From a virus: DNA of 64,000 nt. The DNA lies in the IMG/VR virus record IMGVR_UViG_3300021130_000224, positions 44,422-108,421 of that record. One strand, written 5' to 3'. Position numbers and translations under genes: made by a program. Below the pieces are notes generated by a model. It was given only the letters and a program-made list of their open reading frames with translations. It was not told the DNA's origin and made no database searches. This document shows, piece after piece, positions 1-9,102 of this stretch. Numbering within the stretch: position 1 is the first letter of the stretch; each line of letters begins with the position of its first letter.

Positions 1-2784
1 TCTACTGTTGGTATTGATATAAATATAAGTAACTCTGCAACGGTTGGAACTACTACTGATACAACTACTACTGTAGATATCCGACCAACATTTAATCCTC
101 AAAACTTCTTCCCGACATATAATAATATGTTGGACATACTGGATAAATTGTCTCCATACTACAATTATGGATGGCAATATAATGCAGTAGGGTATTATAC
201 AAACTCTGTTCCTATTCCTCAAAACGTAGGTAATAAAGTTAGATTTATTAACTATGGTGGTTACATTACACCTGGTCTACAAGGAACATTTGGAGATGTT
301 CATCCTATCAATAATACAGGAAGAGAATCTTCTGTATATGTTTCTATAGCCGGTAGTATGTTATATCCTCATCAGCAAGTTAATACCAATGGACAGAATC
401 TTGGTGTACCTATAGATACATCAAGGAAGATTGCATCGCAAGTTGGCATGCGTGAAAGTTCAACACCTTTCTATGAACCAATATCAGCATACTATGGTTC
501 AATTAAAGCAATACGTCCTGGTCAATACGGTCAAGTGTTTTCATACAGGCCAATTGACACCGGTACATTTGGTGCATTCTTTGACACTCAAGGTAATCCT
601 ATAAATGACCACCCAATTGTTTATGGTGGCGATTGCTTTATTAACTTGTTTGCACTCAAGATAAAACATCCATTCTATTTAAAGTCAACAGTTGATAAGC
701 CAGATGGTTTTGATATTGATTACAACCAAGATGCTGATCCAAACAATACTTCTCAGGCCTACACAAATACAGGCAATGTAGGTTATCCTATATGGTATTA
801 TTCTACTAGCAACCTTCCATTTGTAGCAGATCCATTGTTGCATGGAGGCTTAGTAAATCTAAATAATAGTCTGAACTGGTTAAATGGTTTATATAACAAT
901 ATAGGAGCACCCGGCAACAATCTATTTACAAATTTCTTTGATGTATTAGGAGCAATGGTTGGAACTGTAGTAATTATACCTGTACTTGTCTTAGAGATAT
1001 TGGAAATATTTGTAGGACTGATTACAGGCCACCTGCTCACTACTGTTGGCCTCAAGGTAACTAATCTTGATTACTACCAATATGATGACATCTATGAAAA
1101 GGGTATGGCATATTTATACGCATATGGTATCCCCTATTACTTCTGTGAGTCTCAGGTAAACGTAGATATGCGACAAGCATATAATGACAGAGAAGGTAAC
1201 TTCTATCCTAATGTGGCTACCGATATTCCAGATGAGTGGGTACAGGAAACCAATGTGCCTATTGCATTTGACAACACTTATACATATAATAAAACTTACA
1301 GTAAACAAAATCATGAAACTGCTTTTACTGTCCTTAGACCTGATTGGGAACCTGGACAACAATGTTACATCACTTATAATAACAGAGCTGTATGGAGTGA
1401 AGCATCTGACATGGAGGATACAAGAAATAACTGGCTCGTATATAAGCCGGCAAATACCTTTGACTTCCCGAAATCGTTTGGATCTTTAGTTGCAATGGAT
1501 AGACTGGAATCCAGAGCTGTAATGGTAAGATATGTAAACCATACACAGTTATATAACGCCCAGGCTACTATTGAAACTACGGCTATAAATGCAGCTCTTG
1601 GTACCGGTGCACTATTCTCCGGTACTCAACCAATTGACTTCAATATGTCTGATTCTGGTTATGCAGGTACTCAGCACAAGTTCTTATTGCAAACAGAGCA
1701 TGGTCACATCTTTGCTGATGCAATGAGAGGTCAGATAATCTTAGTTAGAGGTACAGCAATCGAAGAGCTTTCAAATGAAAAATACCACAATGCAAAATGG
1801 TTCCAAAATAATTTACCATTTAACATTATAAAATATTTTCCAACGTATCCTATTGATAATCATTTTAATGGCTGTGGTTTACATGGTGTGTATGATGATT
1901 ACTATAAGAGGTTAATGTTAACCAAAATTGACTATACTCCATATGACGGAGTTATGTACGATGGTACTAACTTTTACATAGAGGAACTAGTTACACAAAA
2001 CGTAAAATTACACTCGCAAACTACCCTACAAAAAGTAATTGTACAGCTTGGTGACCCAGAGTATTTCTGCAACAAAAGTTGGACAATGAGTTTCTCTTTC
2101 TTATCTAATAGCTGGATAAGTTGGCATTCTTACATCCCGAATTTCTATGTTCAGAACAGTGTCTCTTTTCAATCAGGTAAGAATGATGACACTTGTACTG
2201 TATGGAATCACAACCAGACATTTACATTGTTCAATAACTTTTATGGTCAGGATTATCCTTACATCATAGAGTATCCATTCAGTTATCAATACCTTGATCA
2301 GCTATTGCAATATGTAGAGGAGTACATGACTGTATTAAAATACAATGATGAGGGTATCTATATTGAGCCGAATGAAACAGTTTATTACACGCAGACAATT
2401 GTCTACAATAAACAAGCATCTACTGGGTTACTTAACCTTATACCAAAAGATATTAATAACAGGGCTCAGTATTTTAGCTACCCTAAATACAACCCAGATT
2501 CTATAGATATTCTTGTAACAAAGGTAGATCATATGTATTCATACAATATGTTGTGGAATAATCTGAAGAGTCCTAACCTTACACAATGGACAAATAACTG
2601 TACACCAGAATTAGGTAATAAAACATTAAATCAGGTTAACTTTGATTACTCAACAAAGAGTTTTCAGAAGTATCCTCTCAGGGCCAAAGACACCTTGATC
2701 AGGCAAATGTCAAATAGAGTGTCAATGGCTTACAAAATGATTAGTAAATTTATAGTCGCTAAGACTCAAAATATGATCAGCTAA
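1..2784 (+). CDS. Tail stabilisation / muzzle-like virion protein, 5'-truncated by the window edge
   Basis: Frame 1 is open from base 1 through the listed ATG at 127. Motifs GGDCFI, GYAGTQHKF..TEHGHIFAD and WISWHSY resemble crAss-like tail stabilisation proteins, and the gene lies upstream of the cargo/RNAP genes. Confidence 0.7.
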   Translation, partial: STVGIDINISNSATVGTTTDTTTTVDIRPTFNPQNFFPTYNNMLDILDKLSPYYNYGWQYNAVGYYTNSVPIPQNVGNKVRFINYGGYITPGLQGTFGDVHPINNTGRESSVYVSIAGSMLYPHQQVNTNGQNLGVPIDTSRKIASQVGMRESSTPFYEPISAYYGSIKAIRPGQYGQVFSYRPIDTGTFGAFFDTQGNPINDHPIVYGGDCFINLFALKIKHPFYLKSTVDKPDGFDIDYNQDADPNNTSQAYTNTGNVGYPIWYYSTSNLPFVADPLLHGGLVNLNNSLNWLNGLYNNIGAPGNNLFTNFFDVLGAMVGTVVIIPVLVLEILEIFVGLITGHLLTTVGLKVTNLDYYQYDDIYEKGMAYLYAYGIPYYFCESQVNVDMRQAYNDREGNFYPNVATDIPDEWVQETNVPIAFDNTYTYNKTYSKQNHETAFTVLRPDWEPGQQCYITYNNRAVWSEASDMEDTRNNWLVYKPANTFDFPKSFGSLVAMDRLESRAVMVRYVNHTQLYNAQATIETTAINAALGTGALFSGTQPIDFNMSDSGYAGTQHKFLLQTEHGHIFADAMRGQIILVRGTAIEELSNEKYHNAKWFQNNLPFNIIKYFPTYPIDNHFNGCGLHGVYDDYYKRLMLTKIDYTPYDGVMYDGTNFYIEELVTQNVKLHSQTTLQKVIVQLGDPEYFCNKSWTMSFSFLSNSWISWHSYIPNFYVQNSVSFQSGKNDDTCTVWNHNQTFTLFNNFYGQDYPYIIEYPFSYQYLDQLLQYVEEYMTVLKYNDEGIYIEPNETVYYTQTIVYNKQASTGLLNLIPKDINNRAQYFSYPKYNPDSIDILVTKVDHMYSYNMLWNNLKSPNLTQWTNNCTPELGNKTLNQVNFDYSTKSFQKYPLRAKDTLIRQMSNRVSMAYKMISKFIVAKTQNMIS

Positions 2785-5240
2785 TGAAAAAGAACTGGTT
2801 AAAGCAATATGCACAGGAGGGTAAAGTAGATTATTGGAATGAACTTGCCAAGGCTAAGTATGGTCAGAATATGCCAAATATGACTGATGAACAAATAGCT
2901 ATAGTAAGAGATACTAATCGTGTTACCGATGACCCTTTGATGATACCTGGTTCACCAAGAGTAAAGGCTCAATCAGGAACTAAGGTATCAAGCAAGGGTT
3001 ATAAGAAGAACTCTCCAGATAAGAATGAGCCGATGCTTACTATCCCAAGCAACAGGATAACTATGCAGGATGTAGAGCATCCTGTAATGGCATACCCTTC
3101 TGCCGGTAATCCTACTTTCATGCATCCAGGTGGTGAGTACTACTTTCCTCATGCTGATTATGTAACAGAAGTACCTGCTATGGCTCAAGGTGGAATGATT
3201 AAAAGAGCAGATGGTCATTACTCTAAAAGAGGTTTGTGGGATAATATTAGAGCAAATGCTGGCTCTGGTAAAAAGCCTACTAAAGAAATGCTTAAACAGG
3301 AAAAGAAAATAAAAGCTTCTGAAAAAGCACAAGATGGAAAAAAACTTAGTGCATCTGATCTTGCTAAATTAAGACAAGCAGTAGCTAACTATAATCCTTC
3401 TCCTTATCAAGATATGGACCCTGCTATGTTGCAGCAATATAGAGAGAATCAACGTGTAATGCAACTTGCTGCTACACCTCAAGGTAAAGTACAACTTAAA
3501 AAAGAAGCAGAAGATAAAAAGTATGCAAACAAGAAAAAACAAGAAGTAGCAAAAGATAAAGAAACAAGAAAAGAGCTACAAGAACAATATGCAAGACAAA
3601 GGTTTGCAGATGACCCATCTGTTATAAACCCTGCATACTGGCAAACAGATCCTCAGACAGGTAGGACTCCTCAACAACGTCTTGATGACATGGGTACAGA
3701 CTTGCAAACCCGGGTATTTCGTGGTGGCACTGATGTAATTGACAACTTGAATCCTGGTGTATGGGTTGCAGGAATGGCAGGTAACCTTGCAAAAGCACCA
3801 TTAAAAGCACAACAAGAAAACTCTTACACGCCATATCTATCTGCTCTTGGTGAACCACTTGCATGGGGGATAGGTGAGGAATTAATAGCACCTTATGTAA
3901 ATAAAGCAGTTGGTAAAGCATCTCAAAAAATAAAAGATGCGTACTCTAAACTAAATGATGCTGTAAAACCACCAAGGTATAGTCTTCCAATGATGACAGA
4001 TATTGTGCCTCAAGTATCACAAAATATAAAAGCAAATTATAAAGATATATTAAAAGCAAGACAAATTTTTTCACCTACATTAACCGAAGGTTATGAGTAT
4101 ATAGATGAATTAGCTGATGCTTACTCAGTACAAGATAAACTTGATGTTTTTGGACAGTATAAAAATTATCCTTTTTCAGAACAACGTCTTTGGAATCCAT
4201 ATGATCCAAATTCTATTAAACCTTTATCAAAAAGTGAATTTGCTAAAAAGGTAAAAGGTAATTTAAAATCATTAGCATTTCAACCAGAAAAAATAGATGC
4301 TGGATATAAAAAAGGAATAGAAGAAGCAAATACTTTTGTTAGAGGAGTTTCTACCAATTGGGATGCTATTAAAAAATCTAATCCAGAAGGATTTAAAAAT
4401 ATAACTCAAACATTAGAAAAGGTAGGAATAGATTGGAAAAATAATCCAGATCAAGCTGCTGTATATATGGCAACACATATTCCAGGTGATACAGGTTATG
4501 GTAGAGCAGGTTTAAATCCAAACGAACATGCATTATATACTTCTAATTCTGAAGGAACTGCAGAAGGGTATACATATGGAGATGGCTATATTGTAAAAGG
4601 AAGAAAACCTATTAATTTTAAAGGAAACAATAGAAGAGAATGGTTAAAAGAATTACCAACTGTTATTGATGAAGATATAATAAATGCTCATGAATTAGGC
4701 GTTAAAGAAAACCCAGCTAAATTTGATTTTCGTAACATGATGGATTTCGGTAATGATAATTTTGAATTTTCTAAAACAAAAAAATTAAATAATAATTTAG
4801 TTGATAAATGGGAAAATGATTACGCAGCTTTTTTAGAAACGCAAAATTTAGAACACCCTGATCCTATTGTAGGTTACGGTTTTTACGATTTTGATGATGT
4901 TCCAGGCATTGAAGTGAAGGGATTAGAAGATCTTAAAAAAATACATAATTTTAAAGAAGATTGGTTTAATAAACACAAAGACAAAATTAAAGAATTTGAT
5001 ATACCTGAGTTACCAAGTTCCTATATTAAAAAAACAGACCATATTAAATTTAATGATTATGCTCATTATTTACATGTAGGAGAACCTGGGCAAAAAGTAT
5101 TAGAACCAATAAATGTAAAACAAATAACTCCTGAAATTTGGAAAAAAACGAATAGGGGACATTATGGGACACCATCAAATGGGTTATCAAAACAAAAATA
5201 CGGTGGTAAATTAACAAAGAACTGGTTACAAAATTATTAA
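2784..5240 (+). CDS. Modular virion-associated protein with C-terminal ADP-ribosyltransferase-like domain
   Basis: Short modules are separated by AQxG/KYGG motifs. FVRGVS...LYTSNSEGTAEGY matches the R...S-x-S ART-fold pattern. Start overlaps the upstream stop (TAATG). Confidence 0.5.
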   Translation: MKKNWLKQYAQEGKVDYWNELAKAKYGQNMPNMTDEQIAIVRDTNRVTDDPLMIPGSPRVKAQSGTKVSSKGYKKNSPDKNEPMLTIPSNRITMQDVEHPVMAYPSAGNPTFMHPGGEYYFPHADYVTEVPAMAQGGMIKRADGHYSKRGLWDNIRANAGSGKKPTKEMLKQEKKIKASEKAQDGKKLSASDLAKLRQAVANYNPSPYQDMDPAMLQQYRENQRVMQLAATPQGKVQLKKEAEDKKYANKKKQEVAKDKETRKELQEQYARQRFADDPSVINPAYWQTDPQTGRTPQQRLDDMGTDLQTRVFRGGTDVIDNLNPGVWVAGMAGNLAKAPLKAQQENSYTPYLSALGEPLAWGIGEELIAPYVNKAVGKASQKIKDAYSKLNDAVKPPRYSLPMMTDIVPQVSQNIKANYKDILKARQIFSPTLTEGYEYIDELADAYSVQDKLDVFGQYKNYPFSEQRLWNPYDPNSIKPLSKSEFAKKVKGNLKSLAFQPEKIDAGYKKGIEEANTFVRGVSTNWDAIKKSNPEGFKNITQTLEKVGIDWKNNPDQAAVYMATHIPGDTGYGRAGLNPNEHALYTSNSEGTAEGYTYGDGYIVKGRKPINFKGNNRREWLKELPTVIDEDIINAHELGVKENPAKFDFRNMMDFGNDNFEFSKTKKLNNNLVDKWENDYAAFLETQNLEHPDPIVGYGFYDFDDVPGIEVKGLEDLKKIHNFKEDWFNKHKDKIKEFDIPELPSSYIKKTDHIKFNDYAHYLHVGEPGQKVLEPINVKQITPEIWKKTNRGHYGTPSNGLSKQKYGGKLTKNWLQNY

Positions 5241-5241
5241 T

Positions 5242-8200
5242 ATGAAAAAGAAAGCAACATTACACCCATTTCTTAAAATGGCAGGAGTTAAATCTGAAAA
5301 GGAACTATATGATAAGTATCCTACAGATGAGCACTTCTTTAAAGCTTATCCTCAAGCTAAATATGGAATGATGATGGCACAAGATGGTGCAATGACATTA
5401 CCCAATGCTAAACCAAATGTAGCATGGCAACCATCTGGTCAAGGATTAAGTCCTGCAGATAATGTGGCAGGTCTAAATGCTGCAGGTCCAATGCCACAAC
5501 AGGGTGGATATCAAGCTGCTCAAGGTCCTGTATTTGAAGGACAAATGCCTGAACAAGAACAGCAAAAACAGGAACAACCTGAAGTCAAAGAAAATAAAAA
5601 GGGTAATAATAAAAATAAACTAAAAATAAGTGCAGGTAAAAAAACTTGGGACCCATTTGCAAAAGATAATGCATGGAATACAGGTAAAGGTGTTGCTACT
5701 ACAGATGTAATAGCAGGTGGGCTTGCTATGACCGCAGGGGCAATACCTTTTCAGCCGGCCAAGAAAAATCAGGATATTTTACCACCAGCAATTACTACCG
5801 GCAATTATGGTTATGGTAGCCAGGCATCCTTTGAAAATGGTGGTAACATCTCTCCGACAAAAGCTCGTGAGATGCTACACAATCCTCCTCATGGTAAACC
5901 TCTAAGCGAGAAACAACGTAAGTACTTTGGTGCAATAGCTTCTGGTTATGCAGATGATGGTGCTAAAATGGCAATAGGTCAGCTTGGTCAAATAGAGCAT
6001 AAACTGAATGAACTAAAAAAAGTAGTTACTCCTGATTCAGAAATAGAACCATGGGTAGCAAGCAAAGTAACATTAGCTGCAGACTATCTAAATAATGTAG
6101 GTAACTACATGCAGTTTAACCCTGATGCACAACCTCAAGGTCAGCAACAAATGCAACAACCAGGTATGTACATGGGTGGTTATTTACGTGCAGATGGTGG
6201 CCCTATGATTACACATGTAAAACCTTCTCCGTATACTTACTACCGTCCAATGACAAAAACAAATCGTCAGAAGATGGACATGCCTGATTACATGCCTGGT
6301 CAAAGTACTCCTGATTTACCTTTTGCTGCTAATGGTATTAATATACCTGGAGTAGGAGGTTATCAGGCACCAGTTACAGATCAAGAAAGGGAACAGTGGA
6401 ATCAGTATCAATCTACAATGTCTCACCAACCCGGAACATATGTAAGAAACTGGCAGCACAATCAGGATTTCCAAAAACAAATGGCACAGCAAACTGGTTT
6501 TGATTACAATAGAGCCGGTGCAATACAAGCCGATATGCAAGCTCGTAGCCAACAGTATCCTGGCTCAGTAAGTGGTATAAAACCCGGTGCAACTGAAAAC
6601 CAGAACTGGGGAGGTGATGCTAATTGGGTAGGTGATAGAGAAAGACAAAAGGCTTATGGTAAATATGAGTATTTGCATTATGATCCTAAAGGTAATTTAT
6701 ATCCAGGAGAAGCTGGTCATAAAGAAGCAAGTTTTACTCCTATGACCAAAGAGCAAATGGGAAATTGGGAAAACTCTGCTTATACTAAAGGTCCTAATCA
6801 ATGGGTAACTAATAATCAAGGTATTGGAATGAATGCTCCTCAATCTGAGATAGATAAACTTTATCAACCTGGAGCACAAGGTAGTGCTCCTTCAGCCGGA
6901 GGCTTTGGTTCAAATACTCCTGTAGCAAGTTCTACTCAACCTCGTACAAAAGCTTTTCCTACAATGGATCAAGCCAAAGCTGCTTATGCTAAAAAGAAAG
7001 AAGGTGTTGAAACAAAATGGAATGCTACTAGTGGAGAATATGAAGAAGTAGGTAAAGGAAGTAAAGCAGTTGCAAATACCGATAATTCAGGCCCAGGTCA
7101 AGAAGCTTATTCAGTTGATGCCACAAGACGTACAGGAAAAGGTTCAGATGAAGCAAAATATGGTAAGCAAATGATACCTGGAATGTATCACCCTGACCAC
7201 GATATGGAAATGCTTGATCAATATCCTCACAAGATGGGTGGTATGTACAAACCGTATTCCCATACATACACAATGGCTCAAGGTGGACCTATTCCATTTG
7301 CAAATGGTGGCAATACGGGTACAGATGTACATGTAGAAGATAGTAAATTTAAAATGCTTTCTCCGCATACAGCCGAAATTGGAGGAGATTATCATTCTAA
7401 TGGTGGTACAGATATACAAGCCAACGGACAAAAAGTAGAGGCAGAAAAAGGAGAAACCCTTCACATACAACCTGACGGAAGTACTATTGTTGGTGGTAAT
7501 CTTATTTTTCCAGGTACCAATACTAAAATAAAAAATGTTTACAAAAAAATAGCTAAAAATTTGGAGGCACCTCTTGCTAAGATGCAAAAGAAAAATGATA
7601 AGATAAAAGATAAAGCTAGTTATTTTTTAAATGAATATGGTAAAGCTGGAGATGGTCCTACTAATCAATTCAGAGCCCCTGCTTTCAATTATGGTAAAGT
7701 ACTTGCTGACATGAATGAGCAGAACCAAAGAAGCATAGAAGATAAACAACAAGAAATTGTAGCAATAAAAGGTAAGGTAACTGATGTACAAAATAAAATG
7801 CTGGAACTTGGTGGGATGATTGATCCTGAACATGGTGCCAAAAAGGTATCTCAAATGTTTAAAGGTAAGGATCAATTTACAGCAAAGTGGGGTACGAGAA
7901 TGGCACAAAAAGGTATTACATTAAAACAAGGAGCAGTTGATACATTTGATCCTAATATGGACCCAGGTATTACAGGTGAGCAACCTAAGTCAACACCTTA
8001 TGAATTTGACCCATCTAAATCAGGTGTTGTTCCTGAATCTGAACCTAAACATCCAGATTGGGCTTACAAGCCAGATGGAAGTAAGATGACTCCTGAAGAA
8101 ATGCAGAAAAATCTTATGGATAGAAAAAAACCAGAAGGTAAAGGCAAAGGTAAAGGCATAAGAGAAAAGCATGTAATTAATCCAAATGCAATTAGGGATA

Positions 8201-8994
8201 TATTTGAACAAGCCGATCCTTATCAGTCAATGCAGGTACAACCCTACCTTGAGCCAGAGTATAACGTATCTTTCCAACAAAAGAAGAATGCTATACAATC
8301 TGCTTTTGCCCCGGCAATGAAAGCTGCTAAAACTTCTGGACAACAAGCAGCAATAGCTGCTCAGATGGCAGAACAACTTGGAGCAGTTGATAGTGAAGAG
8401 TTTAACTTTAATCAGCAGAATAGAGGTCAGATACTTGGAAGGAATCTTGGTGAGATGAGAGGTGTTCGTGATACAAACATGAAACTTGGAATGGATGCTT
8501 ATGAGAAAGGTTTAGGTGCAAAAGAAGCAGCACGTCAGATAAGAAGACATGGTGGTGAAAAAGTATTTTCTGACTGGAGAACTGTTGATGCCGAGAATAA
8601 AAGACTTGGTACATATGAAGATTTTGCAGGATGGTTCCAAGATCCTGCTACAAGAGATTATATAAGAACTCTTCCTCCTGAAAAATTAACTGAAGCTATT
8701 GCAAGTATTGTTGATCCTAATAAAAAGGAAATTGTCACTTCTACTGAAGAAGATGGACCAAAAGGTAAAAAGAAAAAGGTTCAGACAAAACAAGAAGAAG
8801 CATACTTTGGTACATATTTCCCAGGTATACAAAGAACATACTTTGGAGGTGGTGCAGTAGGTGGTGGAATGGGACATGGTGGTGGAGGTATGCATGGAAT
8901 GCCAGGACATGCCGGCTCAATGGCCTCAAGGTATTCTCCGGGAGGTGATGCATCTTACTATGAAAAGAAAAAGAAGAAGAAAAAGACTACCTAA
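5242..8994 (+). CDS. Modular virion/cargo protein (Gly/Gln/Met-rich, xxGG-punctuated)
   Basis: 1250-aa ORF with repeated AQDG/FENGG/RADGG/AQGG/FANGG motifs, a GDYHSNGG...VEAEKGE module typical of crAss-like virion proteins, and a poly-Lys C-terminus. Confidence 0.55.
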   Translation: MKKKATLHPFLKMAGVKSEKELYDKYPTDEHFFKAYPQAKYGMMMAQDGAMTLPNAKPNVAWQPSGQGLSPADNVAGLNAAGPMPQQGGYQAAQGPVFEGQMPEQEQQKQEQPEVKENKKGNNKNKLKISAGKKTWDPFAKDNAWNTGKGVATTDVIAGGLAMTAGAIPFQPAKKNQDILPPAITTGNYGYGSQASFENGGNISPTKAREMLHNPPHGKPLSEKQRKYFGAIASGYADDGAKMAIGQLGQIEHKLNELKKVVTPDSEIEPWVASKVTLAADYLNNVGNYMQFNPDAQPQGQQQMQQPGMYMGGYLRADGGPMITHVKPSPYTYYRPMTKTNRQKMDMPDYMPGQSTPDLPFAANGINIPGVGGYQAPVTDQEREQWNQYQSTMSHQPGTYVRNWQHNQDFQKQMAQQTGFDYNRAGAIQADMQARSQQYPGSVSGIKPGATENQNWGGDANWVGDRERQKAYGKYEYLHYDPKGNLYPGEAGHKEASFTPMTKEQMGNWENSAYTKGPNQWVTNNQGIGMNAPQSEIDKLYQPGAQGSAPSAGGFGSNTPVASSTQPRTKAFPTMDQAKAAYAKKKEGVETKWNATSGEYEEVGKGSKAVANTDNSGPGQEAYSVDATRRTGKGSDEAKYGKQMIPGMYHPDHDMEMLDQYPHKMGGMYKPYSHTYTMAQGGPIPFANGGNTGTDVHVEDSKFKMLSPHTAEIGGDYHSNGGTDIQANGQKVEAEKGETLHIQPDGSTIVGGNLIFPGTNTKIKNVYKKIAKNLEAPLAKMQKKNDKIKDKASYFLNEYGKAGDGPTNQFRAPAFNYGKVLADMNEQNQRSIEDKQQEIVAIKGKVTDVQNKMLELGGMIDPEHGAKKVSQMFKGKDQFTAKWGTRMAQKGITLKQGAVDTFDPNMDPGITGEQPKSTPYEFDPSKSGVVPESEPKHPDWAYKPDGSKMTPEEMQKNLMDRKKPEGKGKGKGIREKHVINPNAIRDIFEQADPYQSMQVQPYLEPEYNVSFQQKKNAIQSAFAPAMKAAKTSGQQAAIAAQMAEQLGAVDSEEFNFNQQNRGQILGRNLGEMRGVRDTNMKLGMDAYEKGLGAKEAARQIRRHGGEKVFSDWRTVDAENKRLGTYEDFAGWFQDPATRDYIRTLPPEKLTEAIASIVDPNKKEIVTSTEEDGPKGKKKKVQTKQEEAYFGTYFPGIQRTYFGGGAVGGGMGHGGGGMHGMPGHAGSMASRYSPGGDASYYEKKKKKKKTT

Positions 8995-9056
8995 CCAAAT
9001 CTGATAGTATTTATCTTTTGTAAACGTAAAACTAATCAGGAACATTAATTAACTTT

Positions 9057-9088
9057 ACGGAGCTAATCAGACAGGTTAGCTCCGTTTT
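9057..9088 (+). terminator. Putative intrinsic terminator / hairpin
   Basis: Stem ACGGAGCTAA/TTAGCTCCGT followed by a short T run, in the intergenic gap. Confidence 0.55.
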
Positions 9089-9102
9089 AAAATATAAAAA
9101 AG

